Positions 49,583 through 57,912 of a stretch of 64,000 nt of DNA are shown here, piece after piece. Made by a program: the position numbers and the translations under genes. Under the pieces are notes generated by a model. That model was not told where the DNA came from. It was given only the letters and a program-made list of their open reading frames with translations, and did no database searches. This DNA comes from an uncultured Candidatus Saccharibacteria bacterium (GTDB lineage Bacteria > Patescibacteriota > Andersenbacteria > UBA10190): NCBI GenBank assembly GCA_964392095.1, contig CAYMOF010000001.1, positions 12,401 to 76,400 on the forward strand. Reading direction: 5' to 3'. How positions within the stretch are numbered: the stretch's first letter is position 1; every line of letters starts with the position of its first letter.

Positions 49583-50587
49583 ATGAAAATATTTCTGCCA
49601 ATTAACATCAAACCAACCGGCGGCAGTTCAACCTTCGCCGTCAAATTTCAACAAGGCATGGCCAAAAAGGGCCACCAGGTTTTTTTTAAATCCTCTACTG
49701 ATTACGACATTCTTTTTGTCTTAGCTTCCTGCCCCTGGCGATTCCTCTTTCAAGCTAAAAGTCAAAAGAAAAGAATAGCTCACCGCCTCGACGGAGTTTA
49801 CTATCCCACCACCACCGCCGGTTATTTATATCCTCTCATGAACGCTCCTCTAAAAATCATTCATCGTTATTTTTCAGATTTTACTATCTACCAAAGCCAA
49901 TATTCAAAAAAATGCTGCGACCTATTCCTGGGTAAAACCAAAAATCGCCAATCCACAATTATCATGAACGGAGTGGCCAATAAAACCTTCTCTCCCCAAG
50001 GACCTAAAATTTCAATAAGAGAAAACTCCAAACAAAAAATATTCATCACCCATTCCCGGTTCCGACGCCCCGACCAAATCACTCCTCTTCTCAAATCCTT
50101 ATCTGTATTCAAAAAAGAATATTCTGATAATTTCAAATTCCTAATTATTGGCGACAGCCCGGCAATAGATCTTGAATATCTTGTCAAAAAATACAATTTA
50201 TCAAAATTAACGAAAACGCTGGGCATTATTACTAACAATAAAATCCCTTCTTACTTGCGCTCCGCCGATGTTTTTTTGTTTAGCCACCTAAACCCCCCCT
50301 GCCCCAATAACGTTTTGGAAGCCATGTCTTGTGGTCTGCCTATTTGCGGCGTCGCCGACGGAGCCATGCCGGAAATTGTCACCCCTGGATTAAACGGGGA
50401 GCTCATCAACGCGCCCGGAGAAGCTTTCTACCGCTTACGTCCTTTTAACACCAACCAGTTTGCTAAAAATCTCAACAAAATCTTGTCTAACCACGAACAC
50501 TACCAAACCAAAGCTTCAAACATAGCTCAAGAGAGCTTCTCCCTAAACAACATGATAACCACTTATGAAAAAATCATCTCTCGATAA
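49583..50587 (+). CDS. GT-B glycosyltransferase, GT4-like
   Basis: NNVLEAMSCGLPICGVADGAMPEIVTPGLNGELI. Confidence 0.6.
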   Translation: MKIFLPINIKPTGGSSTFAVKFQQGMAKKGHQVFFKSSTDYDILFVLASCPWRFLFQAKSQKKRIAHRLDGVYYPTTTAGYLYPLMNAPLKIIHRYFSDFTIYQSQYSKKCCDLFLGKTKNRQSTIIMNGVANKTFSPQGPKISIRENSKQKIFITHSRFRRPDQITPLLKSLSVFKKEYSDNFKFLIIGDSPAIDLEYLVKKYNLSKLTKTLGIITNNKIPSYLRSADVFLFSHLNPPCPNNVLEAMSCGLPICGVADGAMPEIVTPGLNGELINAPGEAFYRLRPFNTNQFAKNLNKILSNHEHYQTKASNIAQESFSLNNMITTYEKIISR

Positions 50588-50821
50588 ACCCACCCCGCTA
50601 AACACTGAACTGTAAGCGTTTTATCCCAAAATGATATAAAATACCTTAACCTAACGAAAAACATAAAAGAAGCTCAAATGCGACATCAACTATATTTCAC
50701 TTACTCCGACGGCCATCTTAACAAAACCGGATCAGAAATAATCGGCCGCGCCCTAGTTAAAAAATTCACTTCCTGGCTTCAAAATAAACCCGCTCACAAA
50801 TAACTTTGTCTTTCGATTTTT

Positions 50822-51556
50822 ATGGTTTCTCTCCTCTCCTCTAACTACCTCTCCCGCTTTCCCGTGGACCAAGCCATGAAACGGTTCAGTCGCCGTTTCA
50901 ATCCTTCTCAAAAAGTCCTGGATATCGGCTGTGGTCATAAGCCCTACGCCAAATATTTCTCCTGTGAATACACGGGACTAGATCACTCAAAAAATACTTC
51001 AGCCGATATAATTGCCGACAGCTCTTCTATTCCTCTGCCCGACAACTCATTTGACGGCATAATCTTAAACCAAACCCTGGAACATACCCAAAACCTTGCC
51101 GATACAATCAACGAAATAAAACGTCTCTTAAAAAAAGACGGTCTTTGTCTTATCTCCGTACCCGCGGCTATGAAAATACATTCCCTTCCTCTGCCTGTAA
51201 AAGAAGCCCCCGCGAACAACTTTAAACCCGATCTTTTAAGCTACTGGAACATCGACTACTGGCGATTCACCAAATACGGACTCATTATCCTTTTCCGCGA
51301 TTTCTACGTTTTAAACATAAAAGAAACCTCCGGCTACTTCGGCACCCTTTTTCAGATGTCCAATTACTTCTTCGCCTCGTTTGGTTTAGGAAAATTATTT
51401 TCTCCCCTATACTTCATCAATAACGCTTTAGGAGTCTCTATTGACGCAGTAGTTATCAAAACCTGCCGAAACAGTCCTGTTGCTGTCCTTAAAAAGTTTT
51501 ACGACCTTATCTACTCAAGTTTTCCTCTCAACTATATATTGATTATTAAAAAATAG
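50822..51556 (+). CDS. Class I SAM-dependent methyltransferase
   Basis: KVLDIGCGHKPY (motif I), DGIILNQTLEH, DGLCLISVP. Confidence 0.7.
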   Translation: MVSLLSSNYLSRFPVDQAMKRFSRRFNPSQKVLDIGCGHKPYAKYFSCEYTGLDHSKNTSADIIADSSSIPLPDNSFDGIILNQTLEHTQNLADTINEIKRLLKKDGLCLISVPAAMKIHSLPLPVKEAPANNFKPDLLSYWNIDYWRFTKYGLIILFRDFYVLNIKETSGYFGTLFQMSNYFFASFGLGKLFSPLYFINNALGVSIDAVVIKTCRNSPVAVLKKFYDLIYSSFPLNYILIIKK

Positions 51557-51613
51557 CTTCTTGCTATCTCTACTCACAATCATAAAAACTGAACCCTCGC
51601 CTATAGAAAAATT

Positions 51614-52432
51614 ATGAAATACTACGACCCCAAAAACAAAAGATTATACTTCACCGGCCCGGCGGCTACCTGCTGTTACTGGGACAAACAATGGAAAGAA
51701 GACAATGACATTGTAAAGCTCCTCAAAACCGGCGGCGGCGACAATCTAGTCAGATCAATCACTCCCAAGTTTATCCAGCCCTCCCCTCAAGCCAAAGTAA
51801 TTGACGCCGGCTGCGGCAAAGGACAACACGTTGTCTCTTTAAAAAATCTGGGCTACTCGTCTTATGGGGTTGACTACGCCCCTAAAACCATCTCTCTCAT
51901 AAAAAAAATCAGGCCTGACCTGAAAGTAAGTTGTGCCGACATTACCGACCTCCCTTTTCCTAATGCCTACTTCGACGGTTACTGGTCGCTGGGAGTAATT
52001 GAACATTTCTACTCCGGCTTCGAGCCAGCGGCTAAAGAGATGGCCAGAGTAGTAAAGCCAAACGGCTACCTCTTTCTTGTTTTTCCCCACATGTCCTCCT
52101 TAAGAAAAACAAAATCGGCTTTATCTTTTTATCACACCTTCGACCCTCAAATTCACGACGCTGCCCATTTTTATCAGTTCGCGCTCCACGACAAAGACGT
52201 TATCAAAACCATGAGCCAATACGGCTTTCGCCTGATTTCCAAGAAGAAAAACAACGGACTTAAAGGACTAAAAGATGAATCGGCCTTCCTAAAGCCGCTA
52301 CTTCAACAACTATACGATCACCCTTCCCCGCCTATAAAAGCCACTAAAGTAATACTTTCAAAATTACTAACCCCGCTCACCAGCCACACTGTCGTTCTGG
52401 TTATGAAGAAGCAGGATAATAATTACGCCTAA
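51614..52432 (+). CDS. Class I SAM-dependent methyltransferase
   Basis: KVIDAGCGKGQH (motif I), FDGYWSLGVIEH, NGYLFLVFPH. Confidence 0.75.
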   Translation: MKYYDPKNKRLYFTGPAATCCYWDKQWKEDNDIVKLLKTGGGDNLVRSITPKFIQPSPQAKVIDAGCGKGQHVVSLKNLGYSSYGVDYAPKTISLIKKIRPDLKVSCADITDLPFPNAYFDGYWSLGVIEHFYSGFEPAAKEMARVVKPNGYLFLVFPHMSSLRKTKSALSFYHTFDPQIHDAAHFYQFALHDKDVIKTMSQYGFRLISKKKNNGLKGLKDESAFLKPLLQQLYDHPSPPIKATKVILSKLLTPLTSHTVVLVMKKQDNNYA

Positions 52433-53144
52433 CGTAATCATACAACTTTATATCCAAATCATTTTTCTTCCTTATTGTTTCCAGCTGTCCTTCGGTTAAC
52501 CCTCCCGTCCTAGTACGCGGTCGGTTAGCGTTATATCTTTTCTTTTCGCTATACTGTATCTCCTCGTCCTTAAAACCAAGTTTTTCTTTAACTTCCCGCA
52601 AAAACAAATCATATTTCTCCATTAGTCCCACCACCGCGAAATTATCCAGGTTTTTCTTAGCTTGTTCCAAATCACACTTATAAGGGTAAGACAGCCACTT
52701 AGTCATGTGGTTTGACTGCCGGCATAAAACCCCTCCGCTGTGCATATAATTATCCTCCTCTTCATTAAACCATTGATTAAACGGCATCTTCTCTTTTACT
52801 GCCTCGCTCACTTGATTTCTAGTCATTTTCCTGGCTTTCATAGGCGCGTCAAATAAGTACTTATAATACTCTGACAAAACCCGATCCACCGGCTCCCTTA
52901 ACAACACCACGTATTTACCGCCAGGCACGATTTCATCCTGCGCTTCCGGATTATAGGCCTGGTGAAAAGAATACACGCTGTAAGGCCTCTTGATAACACC
53001 GTCCAGCTCTTGATGATAGCTTCGATAATTATACACTTTCATTCCTCTTCGCCTGGCATACCTAACCAACAAACCATAAAAAGTGCTGCTTCCCACCCGG
53101 ACAAGCCTCACAAAGATAATCCTAGTCTGATTTTCCCTTCCCAT
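52401..53144 (-). CDS. PAPS-dependent sulfotransferase family protein
   Basis: RVGSSTF (5'-phosphosulfate-binding loop analogue of KTGTT) and LLREPVDRVLSEY (3'-phosphate-binding RDP..R..S motif). The 3' end overlaps the convergent MTase by 32 nt. Confidence 0.6.
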   Translation of the reverse strand: MGRENQTRIIFVRLVRVGSSTFYGLLVRYARRRGMKVYNYRSYHQELDGVIKRPYSVYSFHQAYNPEAQDEIVPGGKYVVLLREPVDRVLSEYYKYLFDAPMKARKMTRNQVSEAVKEKMPFNQWFNEEEDNYMHSGGVLCRQSNHMTKWLSYPYKCDLEQAKKNLDNFAVVGLMEKYDLFLREVKEKLGFKDEEIQYSEKKRYNANRPRTRTGGLTEGQLETIRKKNDLDIKLYDYVRRNYYPASS

Positions 53145-53149
53145 AATAA

Positions 53150-53995
53150 TTATTTCTTCTGCCTTAATTCCCTAAGCTTAGATGTTACTAAGAGCAAAGA
53201 TCTAACAATCTTCTCTGTAAACTTACGCGGTCCTTCTATTGGATTCAACTGTCTCTGGCAAGCTACTTTCAACACAAACTCATTGTCAACATTCCTATAT
53301 AAACCCCGCTCGTAACAGCCTCGCCCCCTAGCCTCCATTATCGGCTCTAAACCCTCTTTAATAAACTTGTCTGGCCTCGGCAGAGCCGCCGTCTCCAACA
53401 AAGCTACTCTGTATCCAGCATCAAACAATTCGCTCAAAACCCCCTTCAAAGAGCGCCCCTCGTCATATATTAATGGATGCACTTCCATTAATATATTTAC
53501 TTCATTTGTCCTTTTCAAATAATCCAGGCTTCCCCGCAACACATCCACCTCATAACCTTCTATGTCCATTTTTACAACTATGGGTCCACAAATATCTTGC
53601 TCTTTTATGAAGCTTTCAAGGGTAACATACTCTGTCTTTATTGAATCATCATAAGACTCCGCGGCAATTGCCGTGCTTAAATTCCTTTTCTTTTTATTCA
53701 AATAAAAAAAACCTTTACCGCTCTGGTCAGAAACCGCCTGGGAAAATAAATAAAAATTATCTCGACTGCCCAGAATCCTAGTTATTTTATTTCTGTTATA
53801 ACTGTCCGGCTCCAAAATATAAATCTTAATATCGTCACCATATTTTTTGAACAAGTATCTAGCCTCATAACCATCGCTCGACCCAATTTCTATAACATTC
53901 GTACCAGCTACCACCGCCTCATCCAACATGGCCATAAATATCGGCTCTCTCGGCTCTCTTTTTAAAATCTTAACAAGTTGTCGCGCCTTAATCAT
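53150..53995 (-). CDS. FkbM-family SAM-dependent methyltransferase
   Basis: NVIEIGSSDGYEARYL and VVKMDIEGYEVDVLRGS. Confidence 0.7.
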   Translation of the reverse strand: MIKARQLVKILKREPREPIFMAMLDEAVVAGTNVIEIGSSDGYEARYLFKKYGDDIKIYILEPDSYNRNKITRILGSRDNFYLFSQAVSDQSGKGFFYLNKKKRNLSTAIAAESYDDSIKTEYVTLESFIKEQDICGPIVVKMDIEGYEVDVLRGSLDYLKRTNEVNILMEVHPLIYDEGRSLKGVLSELFDAGYRVALLETAALPRPDKFIKEGLEPIMEARGRGCYERGLYRNVDNEFVLKVACQRQLNPIEGPRKFTEKIVRSLLLVTSKLRELRQKK

Positions 53996-54585
53996 CTAAC
54001 AAATCTTTTTAAAACACTCTTCAGCCACGCCCCCAGTCTCCCCTTGGCTCTGATCCTGTTTTCTAAATACTCGCTCTGATCCGTTTCCATTTTGGGAGTC
54101 TGCCAGTCTCCGTATTGATACTCTAAATACTCTTCCGGCGACGACGGACATTCATACCAGCTCCCCCGAAACAAAATCTTCCCCGTATTATTAAAAAACT
54201 TAATCGGATAACGCCAGTTCCTCCTTTTTCTGAATCTGCTCTTCTCCTCATATCCTAATAAAGAATATTTCGTTCCATACTTATGAACATTAATCTTCAT
54301 GTTGCCCTTATCGATCACTATCGACCCCGGCCTAAAACCTGAATTTCTCAACCCTTCTTTTATTGCCTCGAATTTTTCCTGCATCTGCTCCGCGTACAAA
54401 GCCAGCTCCACATCCCAGTCCCACTTAATAAAATCTTTTTCTCTCACCGCCCCCAACAAAACCCCGTCAATCAACAAAAATTTTACCCCCAAGCCATCCA
54501 ACACCCTTTTTATTTGAACCAAACCTTCATTGCGATTTTCCAACTCCTCTTTAGAAAATATTTTTAGCTTTTTATCCAACTTCAT
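53992..54585 (-). CDS. LicD-family phosphotransferase (phosphocholine/alditol-phosphate transferase family)
   Basis: KFLLIDGVLLGAVREKDFIKWDWDVELAL matches the LicD motif (LLGAVRH.GFIPWDDDIDV). Confidence 0.75.
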   Translation of the reverse strand: MKLDKKLKIFSKEELENRNEGLVQIKRVLDGLGVKFLLIDGVLLGAVREKDFIKWDWDVELALYAEQMQEKFEAIKEGLRNSGFRPGSIVIDKGNMKINVHKYGTKYSLLGYEEKSRFRKRRNWRYPIKFFNNTGKILFRGSWYECPSSPEEYLEYQYGDWQTPKMETDQSEYLENRIRAKGRLGAWLKSVLKRFVR

Positions 54586-54604
54586 ATTTTATCTTAATAT
54601 CAAA

Positions 54605-54724
54605 GCTAGTTCTTTTGGCGAATTAGAGGTCCTTTTCGGCCTGGTCCCACGCTCAGCGTGGACGAAAAGGGCCAAAGCCTCGGAGCTACCGCTGGGGCAA
54701 CGAGAATGAGCCAAAAGAACTAGC
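54605..54724. repeat. 120-bp GC-rich palindromic element. Perfect 15-bp terminal inverted repeats enclose nested hairpins. Candidate structured RNA or MITE-like element.
   Basis: GCTAGTTCTTTTGGC (54605-54619) is the exact reverse complement of GCCAAAAGAACTAGC (54710-54724). Inner stems are 54631-54638/54663-54670 (CCTTTTCG/CGAAAAGG) and 54647-54652/54656-54661 (CCACGC/GCGTGG). Confidence 0.4.
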
Positions 54725-54746
54725 CTTGATAATCCAAAACATAAAC

Positions 54747-55568
54747 TCACCATTTCCCCTTATAAAATAATCTCTGAAAAGGCACCGGAATAAAATGCTT
54801 CGGCGCCATCCCTAAATGCTTTACTTTTTCTTTCGGTAAATATTTCTTCCATAATTCCAACTTATCATAAAAGCACTTTAGCCTCTTATACCTCATATCA
54901 GACCATTTGTGCTGAAACGGCTTGCCGATAATCAGATAATATATAGGGCCTTTATAGTGCAATATATGGCATTCCTCACCCCACGGCTCATAATGCCGCG
55001 CTCTATTTAACTCACCCACATAAAAACCCTTAAACCTCACTCCATATTTAGTAAACGGCTTCGTATAATCCTCTCCCTCAACCAATGACATAAACGCGTG
55101 TTGATCAGTACCTCCTTTATCAACAATTTCCATAGTCTTTTCTTTGTACTTCCTGAAAAAATCCCTTACCGCCCGATTATTCCTACACAACATCACCCCG
55201 CTGTTTAACCACTCTTTCGGCACATGTGACAAATATCGGTAAGTAAAACCTATATCATAATCTCCAAAATACTGATCGACGGGCTTTAAAATCAGTGTAT
55301 CCGCGTCCATAAACAACACCCAATCTCCCTCAGCCTTCTCCAGACCCATCTCCCAGCAAGGTAGTTTCAAGCTTCCTGGATGGGGATGCGAATCCATCTT
55401 TTCCCGCAAAATAACATCTTCAATGGGAATATCCTTGCCTACCACAATAGGCTTAATGCCCGGATAAACCCGCCTGATGCTTTCTTTTAAAGCTTCCAAA
55501 AACAAGTCAACCTTGCTCCCAAAAGCCGCCACCACTATGTCTAAACCATTTTTTTTAATATTGGTCAT
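54747..55568 (-). CDS. GT8-like nucleotide-diphospho-sugar (GT-A) glycosyltransferase
   Basis: FMDADTLIL (DXD) and WLNSGVMLCRNN (GT8 motif resembling F.NSGVLLIN). Confidence 0.5.
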   Translation of the reverse strand: MTNIKKNGLDIVVAAFGSKVDLFLEALKESIRRVYPGIKPIVVGKDIPIEDVILREKMDSHPHPGSLKLPCWEMGLEKAEGDWVLFMDADTLILKPVDQYFGDYDIGFTYRYLSHVPKEWLNSGVMLCRNNRAVRDFFRKYKEKTMEIVDKGGTDQHAFMSLVEGEDYTKPFTKYGVRFKGFYVGELNRARHYEPWGEECHILHYKGPIYYLIIGKPFQHKWSDMRYKRLKCFYDKLELWKKYLPKEKVKHLGMAPKHFIPVPFQRLFYKGKW

Positions 55569-55577
55569 TGGCCATCA

Positions 55578-55606
55578 TTGACTAGTAGTCATCTGTCCAT
55601 TATACA
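55578..55606 (+). promoter_or_regulatory. Sigma70-type promoter candidate (TTGACT-N17-TATACA) embedded in the 13-bp palindrome TGACTAGTAGTCA
   Basis: TTGACT at 55578-55583, a 17-nt spacer, TATACA at 55601-55606, and GAAGG about 8 nt before the 55678 ATG. The palindrome at 55579-55591 overlaps the -35. Confidence 0.35.
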
Positions 55607-55677
55607 TACAAGGCCTGAACTGCCATAGTCGGCGTCAGGAAAATTCGCACCTTTCACAATTTCTGAAGGCTTTAGTC

Positions 55678-56456
55678 ATGAGTTTCAAGCTCCAAGTTCT
55701 CGGTTCTGGTATCGCTGCTCCTTTTGATAACCGCATGCCTTCCGGATACCTCGTCATCACCGGCAACACAGAGATCTTGCTCGAATGCAATCCATTCACT
55801 ATCGGAGCCCGCCTATCCGCCATTAACATCACCTCAATCTCTGGAATCCTCGTCACCCACGCCCACAACGACCACTCCGGTGGAGAAGTCGCCTTCCTGG
55901 AAGCCTTCCGCACCAGACACAAAATACTCGGAAAGCCGATTCCCCCCTTTACTTTATGCGGCCCCGCCCCAAACCGTTTCTTCAAGACATACCTTAAAAA
56001 ACAACTTCAGTGGCGCTGGCCGGAATTGCCAGAAGAAGATTGTTTTTGGAAAATCCCATCAGAATTGAATCGCTTCTCGCTGGGTGATGCCTGGATAACC
56101 GCCTTTCCTGTCAACCGCGTCCCCGAAATGCCGGCCGTCGGCTACCATATCCAGTATGGAAATCAGTCCTTAGTCTACTGCGGCGATTTTGGCACCACTC
56201 AATTCCAAAACGTCAACACCCTTGGCCAGTGGATCACCGACGCTGACCTGCTCATCCTCGACTGCGGAGCCCCCACTGAATCCCCAGCCACCTGACCATT
56301 GAGCAGGGCCACAAGATCAAACAGCGGTTCCTCGCCCGCAAACTCCTGGCCACCCACATTCCCGCTCACCGCGTAGGAAATGTCCGCGAGCGCATCGCTG
56401 CCCTCAATGACCCAGATGTCATCCTCGCTGAAGATCTCATGGTGCTTGATATCTAA
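55678..56456 (+). pseudogene. MBL-fold metallo-hydrolase, ~60% GC, interrupted by a frameshift near 56280-56293
   Basis: ILVTHAHNDHSGG (HxHxDH) and CGDFG. The ORF stops at 56295, but the C-terminal remainder (HLTIEQGHKIKQRFLARKLLATHIPAHR...MVLDI*) continues in another frame from 56280 to 56456. The shift maps to C-homopolymers (CCCCC at 56270-56274, CCCC at 56282-56285). Confidence 0.6.
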
Positions 56457-56554
56457 ACCAACTTCAGCAACTTCCCGCAACACATAGCACCCTCTTCTAC
56501 CATCCCTAGTTTACCTCGGATGGTTTTTTCTTACCAAACAATACTCGCAAGTTA

Positions 56555-57235
56555 TCATTTTCCATTTTCTCTCCTTCCCCACATTCTCTTCACCTTCCCT
56601 AAAATATTCTTCAACACCACATTTCCTCTTTTTCCAGCAAAATGATCCGCGTTATAATACTCCTCATCAATATCGGATCTCTTGGGGGTTTGCCAGTCAC
56701 CATAAACATGCTCCAAGAACTTTTCCGGCGGTGACGGCACTAAAAACTGCCTCCCCTTAAAATCGATTTTCTCTTTTTCGTTGAAAAAACGAGCCGGGTA
56801 CTTATAAGCCGGACGAGTCCTGTACTCACCATCGTCACGCAATGCCCCTAAAGCGATTTTTTGGCCGTATTTAAAAAACGCCATCTTAGGAAACCTATTA
56901 CTTTCAATCAACCGCACCACGAAACCAGCCTCTATCAACCTTTCTTTCAATTCCTTCATCACCCCGACAAACTCCTCCTCCAACATGTCCAAATCAACAT
57001 CATCGTCCCAGGCAATGAAATTATTCTCTCTAATTGCCCCCAGTAAACTTCCCCCCGTTAACCAAAACCTGACGCCGGCAGAACTCAATACGTCGCTGGC
57101 CTCCTGCAAGGCCTTCTCTCTTGCCTGTAAATCAAACGGGTAAGGTTGGACTACTCGGGGTCTTGCTTTTTTCCATCTCCTGCGCGACAGGTTGCTCAAA
57201 CGCCTGATTTCACCTTGTGAAAATTCGTAACTCAT
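56555..57235 (-). CDS. LicD-family phosphotransferase (second paralog)
   Basis: RFWLTGGSLLGAIRENNFIAWDDDVDLDM. Roughly 45% identical by eye to the LicD at 53992. Confidence 0.75.
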   Translation of the reverse strand: MSYEFSQGEIRRLSNLSRRRWKKARPRVVQPYPFDLQAREKALQEASDVLSSAGVRFWLTGGSLLGAIRENNFIAWDDDVDLDMLEEEFVGVMKELKERLIEAGFVVRLIESNRFPKMAFFKYGQKIALGALRDDGEYRTRPAYKYPARFFNEKEKIDFKGRQFLVPSPPEKFLEHVYGDWQTPKRSDIDEEYYNADHFAGKRGNVVLKNILGKVKRMWGRRENGK

Positions 57236-57912
57236 ACCATCTTCACACTATACCTCCACCTGGACTGCATATAAAACTCTAATCGATCAATATCCTCATC
57301 ATAAAATTCAACCTTTCTGCCCAACTCATCCCCGATTTTAATAAAAAATTCTTTATCATAAAACATATGGCTCGGGGTAACCTTTCCCCCGACCTTTTTT
57401 CGGCTCTCCAGCCTATCTAAATATCTTTCCCTCTTCTTTTTCTTACCCGCATCATTCACATCACCGATAATAATTCGTCCGTCCTTTTTGGCCACCCTAA
57501 CCATCTCTTTAACCGCCTGGATCGCGTACTTACAAGACGGAAAATACTGCCAAACGCTCCAAGCGCAAACCACGTCAAAACGATTGTCATCAAAAGGAAT
57601 CTTATTAGCTTCGGCTACTCTAAAATCACCCTCTATGTTTTTCCTGATAATATCAATTGAATCTTTAGCGTAATCAACCCCCGCCAAACTTCCCCACTTT
57701 TCAACCTCCATAAGAATCGCCCCCGCCCCGCAACCTACCTCCAAAACATCATCCCGAGAGCCAATCTCACACAGATCCAAAAAATAGTCGGCCAAATCCT
57801 TCCACTGTTTTCTATTTAGGGTTTCAAAACCATCCATCACGTGAAGAATATCAACATCGCCGCCAGGCCGATATTTTTTGTCCCATATTTTTAACCACTG
57901 TTTATCCCTCAT
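57232..57912 (-). CDS. Class I SAM-dependent methyltransferase
   Basis: VLEVGCGAGAIL (motif I), FDVVCAWSVWQYF, DGRIIIGDV. Confidence 0.7.
   Translation of the reverse strand: MRDKQWLKIWDKKYRPGGDVDILHVMDGFETLNRKQWKDLADYFLDLCEIGSRDDVLEVGCGAGAILMEVEKWGSLAGVDYAKDSIDIIRKNIEGDFRVAEANKIPFDDNRFDVVCAWSVWQYFPSCKYAIQAVKEMVRVAKKDGRIIIGDVNDAGKKKKRERYLDRLESRKKVGGKVTPSHMFYDKEFFIKIGDELGRKVEFYDEDIDRLEFYMQSRWRYSVKMV

Noticed and set aside
49888-50238. 116-aa minus-strand ORF inside the GT4-like gene 49583..50587
   Set aside because: Antisense shadow. No motifs.
54605-54724. Possible transposon or IS element
   Set aside because: No transposase or integrase ORF anywhere nearby. The element is only 120 bp, so at most MITE-like, and kept as a structured repeat candidate.
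55635-55985. 116-aa minus-strand ORF overlapping the MBL gene
   Set aside because: Lies antisense within a ~60% GC gene where long shadow ORFs are expected. The + strand frame has clear MBL motifs.
56199-56483. 94-aa minus-strand ORF across the MBL frameshift region
   Set aside because: Antisense to the continuing MBL C-terminal frame. High-GC shadow ORF.
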